DNA of 64,000 nucleotides from Drouetiella sp. Its GTDB lineage: Bacteria > Cyanobacteriota > Vampirovibrionia > Obscuribacterales > Obscuribacteraceae. Positions 59,001-64,000 of this stretch are shown here, one piece after another. The stretch is taken from the NCBI GenBank assembly GCA_036702955.1, contig DATNPY010000039.1, forward strand, positions 1,642 through 65,641, in the 5' to 3' direction. The notes beneath the pieces are model-generated. The model saw only the letters and a program-made list of their open reading frames with translations. It ran no database searches and was not told the origin of the DNA. Each line of letters begins with the position of its first letter. The first letter of the stretch is position 1. Both the position numbers and the translations under genes were made by a program.

Positions 59001-59135
59001 TATTGTTGGGTAAACCTGTTCGCATGAGCCGCCCTTTTGTTGTTCTTTTGAGAATACAGCTGCAAATCGCTCCAGTTTAGGAAACGATGCAAGAGCCCTC
59101 GTTTGATGAACAGCGCTGGTGAATTGCCCTAGAAT

Positions 59136-60059
59136 GTGGAGCTTACAGTCGAGCAAATCATGAAATTATCAATCGTTATCGTCAGTTGGAACACCCGAGA
59201 GCTTCTACGCGCTTGTTTGAATACGGTGAAGGCTGAGATAGATGATGCCTCCAATCAACTCTCCAGTGAAACTGAGGTCTTTCTAGTAGATAACGACTCA
59301 AAAGATGGATCAGCGCAGATGGTTGCTGATGATTTTTCCTGGGTGAAGTTGATCGCGAATAAAGATAATCTGGGCTTCGCCAAAGCGAACAATCAAGCCA
59401 TAAACATATGCACCGGGCGGTTGATTTTGCTTCTGAATCCAGATACGGAAGTGAAGCCAGGTGCGCTAAAGACACTCATCGACTTTCTGGACACGCATCC
59501 CAAAGCCGGTATTGTCGCACCACAATTGATAAATACTGATGGTTCAGTGCAGCGATCTTGTCGAGCCTTTCCGACCTTTAACGGCATGCTCTATGAGCTC
59601 ATGGGATTAAGCAAAATATTTCCCGATCAGCCGCGCTTTCGCGAATATAAAATGCTTGATTGGAATCACGACGACGAGCGCGAGGTCGATCAACCCGAGG
59701 GCGCATGCCTGATGATAAAGCGCGAAGTGATTGAGCAGGTAGGAACGTTAGACGAGGGATTCTGGATGCTGTTTGAAGAAGTCGATTGGTGCTACCGCAT
59801 CAAGCAGCAAGGCTGGCAAATCTGGTTTACACCGCGCGCAAAAGTGGTGCACCACTACGGACAATCAATCAAGCAAGTAAAAGCGAAAATGATTTTGTCG
59901 TCTCACCGCGGTCTTTATCGATTTTGGAAAAAACACTATCGCAAGGGGCGTTGGTACATGGATGCCCCTGCATATCTGGGGTTGATGGGGCTGGCTTATT
60001 TCCGCATTGCTAGCTTTCACCTGCGTGGTGGAAAGCAGATTGCTCCTAAGTCGACGTAA
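59136..60059 (+). CDS. GT2-family glycosyltransferase (rhamnosyltransferase-like)
   Basis: KLSIVIVSWN, VDNDSKDGS and EEVDWCYR motifs. ATG 59160 (MKLSIVIV) is a likely alternative start. Confidence 0.85.
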   Translation: MELTVEQIMKLSIVIVSWNTRELLRACLNTVKAEIDDASNQLSSETEVFLVDNDSKDGSAQMVADDFSWVKLIANKDNLGFAKANNQAINICTGRLILLLNPDTEVKPGALKTLIDFLDTHPKAGIVAPQLINTDGSVQRSCRAFPTFNGMLYELMGLSKIFPDQPRFREYKMLDWNHDDEREVDQPEGACLMIKREVIEQVGTLDEGFWMLFEEVDWCYRIKQQGWQIWFTPRAKVVHHYGQSIKQVKAKMILSSHRGLYRFWKKHYRKGRWYMDAPAYLGLMGLAYFRIASFHLRGGKQIAPKST

Positions 60060-60153
60060 GACAACTAAAACTGCAGATAAATTTCCCGCAAATTTTGAAC
60101 TAAATTGCCACTTCGTACGTAGTTCTATTTAGAAGTACGAATGGAGGTGATAA

Positions 60154-60270
60154 ATGGCACTGGAAGATTTTTGTCTTTACACGGGAATTGTTTTCTTGCT
60201 TGTCTACGTAATTACGCTGGTGACCTATATTTCCATGCTTAGAAAGGGGCGCAGAGGTGATTTCACTTAG
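60154..60270 (+). CDS. 38-aa single-pass membrane peptide (below the ORF-track size cut-off)
   Basis: GGAGGTGA lies 3 nt before the ATG. MALEDFCLYTGIVFLLVYVITLVTYISMLRKGRRGDFT has a hydrophobic core followed by a basic cluster. Confidence 0.45.
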   Translation: MALEDFCLYTGIVFLLVYVITLVTYISMLRKGRRGDFT

Positions 60271-60461
60271 CACCGCGTCTGGTGATGCGCTCTTTAGAAC
60301 TGGGCTTTGTTCGACGCGGAATTCATCTTACGACTGTGTGCCTGCAGGGTGCCGTTCAGCCATTTTTTGTTGGTCTCAATAATGGTGCGCGCAGGCATCG
60401 CTTTTGCGGACCAGGCAAGCTAAGATTCGGCATGTATGGTCGGCAATTTAATTTTGGAAGT

Positions 60462-63098
<2,637 letters not shown>

Positions 63099-63104
63099 TT
63101 GCAG

Positions 63105-64000
63105 CTATTCGCTCATCAAAACCGTAGGTGCCCAACCGAATTTTTTCAACGTATCTGAAAGTGTGGTTTTGTTCTCGTTTGCATAGACGACGGCGATGAC
63201 AGCCTGTTCGCTTGAGATGATGCCCGCATCTAGTGCATTTTTGCAATCGCGTATGGCTGTGACTGTAGGTTGGTCCAATACACCAACTTGCTGCAACGTC
63301 TGCACCAGAGGCACGTTGTTAGATTCTGCAAGTGGCTTGGCGGCGGCGATGTCTTCGTCAGAAACAAGCCCTGTCATGAAAAGCAGATCGTTAAGGTCAG
63401 TTTTCAATGATTCAACGTCGTAATCACCCAGATTGGAAAATATCTCATTCATCTCGGCATGGGTGCTCACGTGCCTGATGCGTTTGAAAATGCTCGCTGC
63501 CTGGTCTTCAAAGAGCGTGCCTTTCTTGATCATGTCGAGAAGGCGCAGGGCTGCTTCAAGGGTTATTGGCGTTCCGTAACCGCATTCCAGAAGCACTTGT
63601 TGAATCGTTTTGTCTTCAACTAATTCCAGTTCTTGCGCTGAAAGCAGCTGCCCTTCAGTCATAAATCCAGCCAGGACGAAGAGCTCGCCGACGCCGAACT
63701 GCAGCTTGAGGCTGCGAATTTTTTGTTCTTCAAGGGATTGTTTGAGACTAGTTTCTTGCAGTCGAGCCACTCTCAGGGCCTGAATTGCAGATTCTCGATC
63801 GAGGATGTTATCGCGAATCAGCCGCAGCGACATCAAGGTTGAATGGAGATTTTGATTCGAGATGGCACCCATTCCTAGCAGCACCATTCCTAGTGGCAAA
63901 CCGGTATTCAGGCTCTGGCGCATCCCTTCGTCTAAATGGCGTGGGTTGACGACACCTGCTTGCCGCATTATCTCGCCAAGCTTGTGTGTGAGCTTACCCT
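63105..64000 (-). CDS. protein built of GspE-N/MshEN-like helical repeats, 5' end probably outside the window
   Basis: Repeated LG(E/M)(L/V)L...G.I(S/T)..QL..AL-type units. The frame upstream of ATG 63968 stays open to base 64000 (GKLTHKLGEI-M...) and looks like part of another unit. Confidence 0.4.
   Translation of the reverse strand, partial: GKLTHKLGEIMRQAGVVNPRHLDEGMRQSLNTGLPLGMVLLGMGAISNQNLHSTLMSLRLIRDNILDRESAIQALRVARLQETSLKQSLEEQKIRSLKLQFGVGELFVLAGFMTEGQLLSAQELELVEDKTIQQVLLECGYGTPITLEAALRLLDMIKKGTLFEDQAASIFKRIRHVSTHAEMNEIFSNLGDYDVESLKTDLNDLLFMTGLVSDEDIAAAKPLAESNNVPLVQTLQQVGVLDQPTVTAIRDCKNALDAGIISSEQAVIAVVYANENKTTLSDTLKKFGWAPTVLMSE

Overview
This is a 64-kb chromosomal segment from an unidentified bacterium. 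It is probably diderm, since it encodes four TolC-like outer-membrane factors. By eye the GC content is moderate (about 45-50%) but strongly mosaic. I support about 55 protein-coding genes. I found no rRNA, tRNA, CRISPR array or intact transposase.

Recognisable housekeeping genes are the dnaG-rpoD pair, murQ, a D-hydantoinase/dihydropyrimidinase, an ACT-domain malic enzyme, an SDR, a PaaI thioesterase and an S4-domain protein.

Signalling genes are an orphan HAMP-PAS histidine kinase, an orphan NarL-like response regulator, and an ECF-like sigma factor with a partner gene.

The right third (about 49.7-64 kb) is a cell-envelope glycan locus. It holds rfbA/B/C/D, GT4, GT2, a polyprenyl-phosphate sugar transferase, a large GT-C/PMT-like membrane protein and an MshEN-like repeat protein. 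An AAA+ (DUF4143-type) ATPase and an AT-rich spacer carrying a repeated 9-mer interrupt it.

Most notable observations:
1. A secreted thioredoxin-like gene is split by a single in-frame TGA at the expected redox-Cys position, with a hairpin just downstream. It is either a candidate selenoprotein or a pseudogene.
2. Three translationally coupled tandem TolC-like paralogues plus a fourth convergent one occur with no inner-membrane pump genes.
3. High-GC patches, notably a two-gene block at 8.7-11.4 kb, sit in a lower-GC background.
4. A 5 x 35-bp tandem repeat is built from the 3' half of a terminator.
5. A low-GC islet ends in a serine-recombinase remnant.
6. Two ORFs are absent from the supplied track: one truncated by the window edge at 1..758 (-), and a 38-codon membrane ORF at 60154..60270.

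All functional calls rest on motif recognition by eye. No database search was run.
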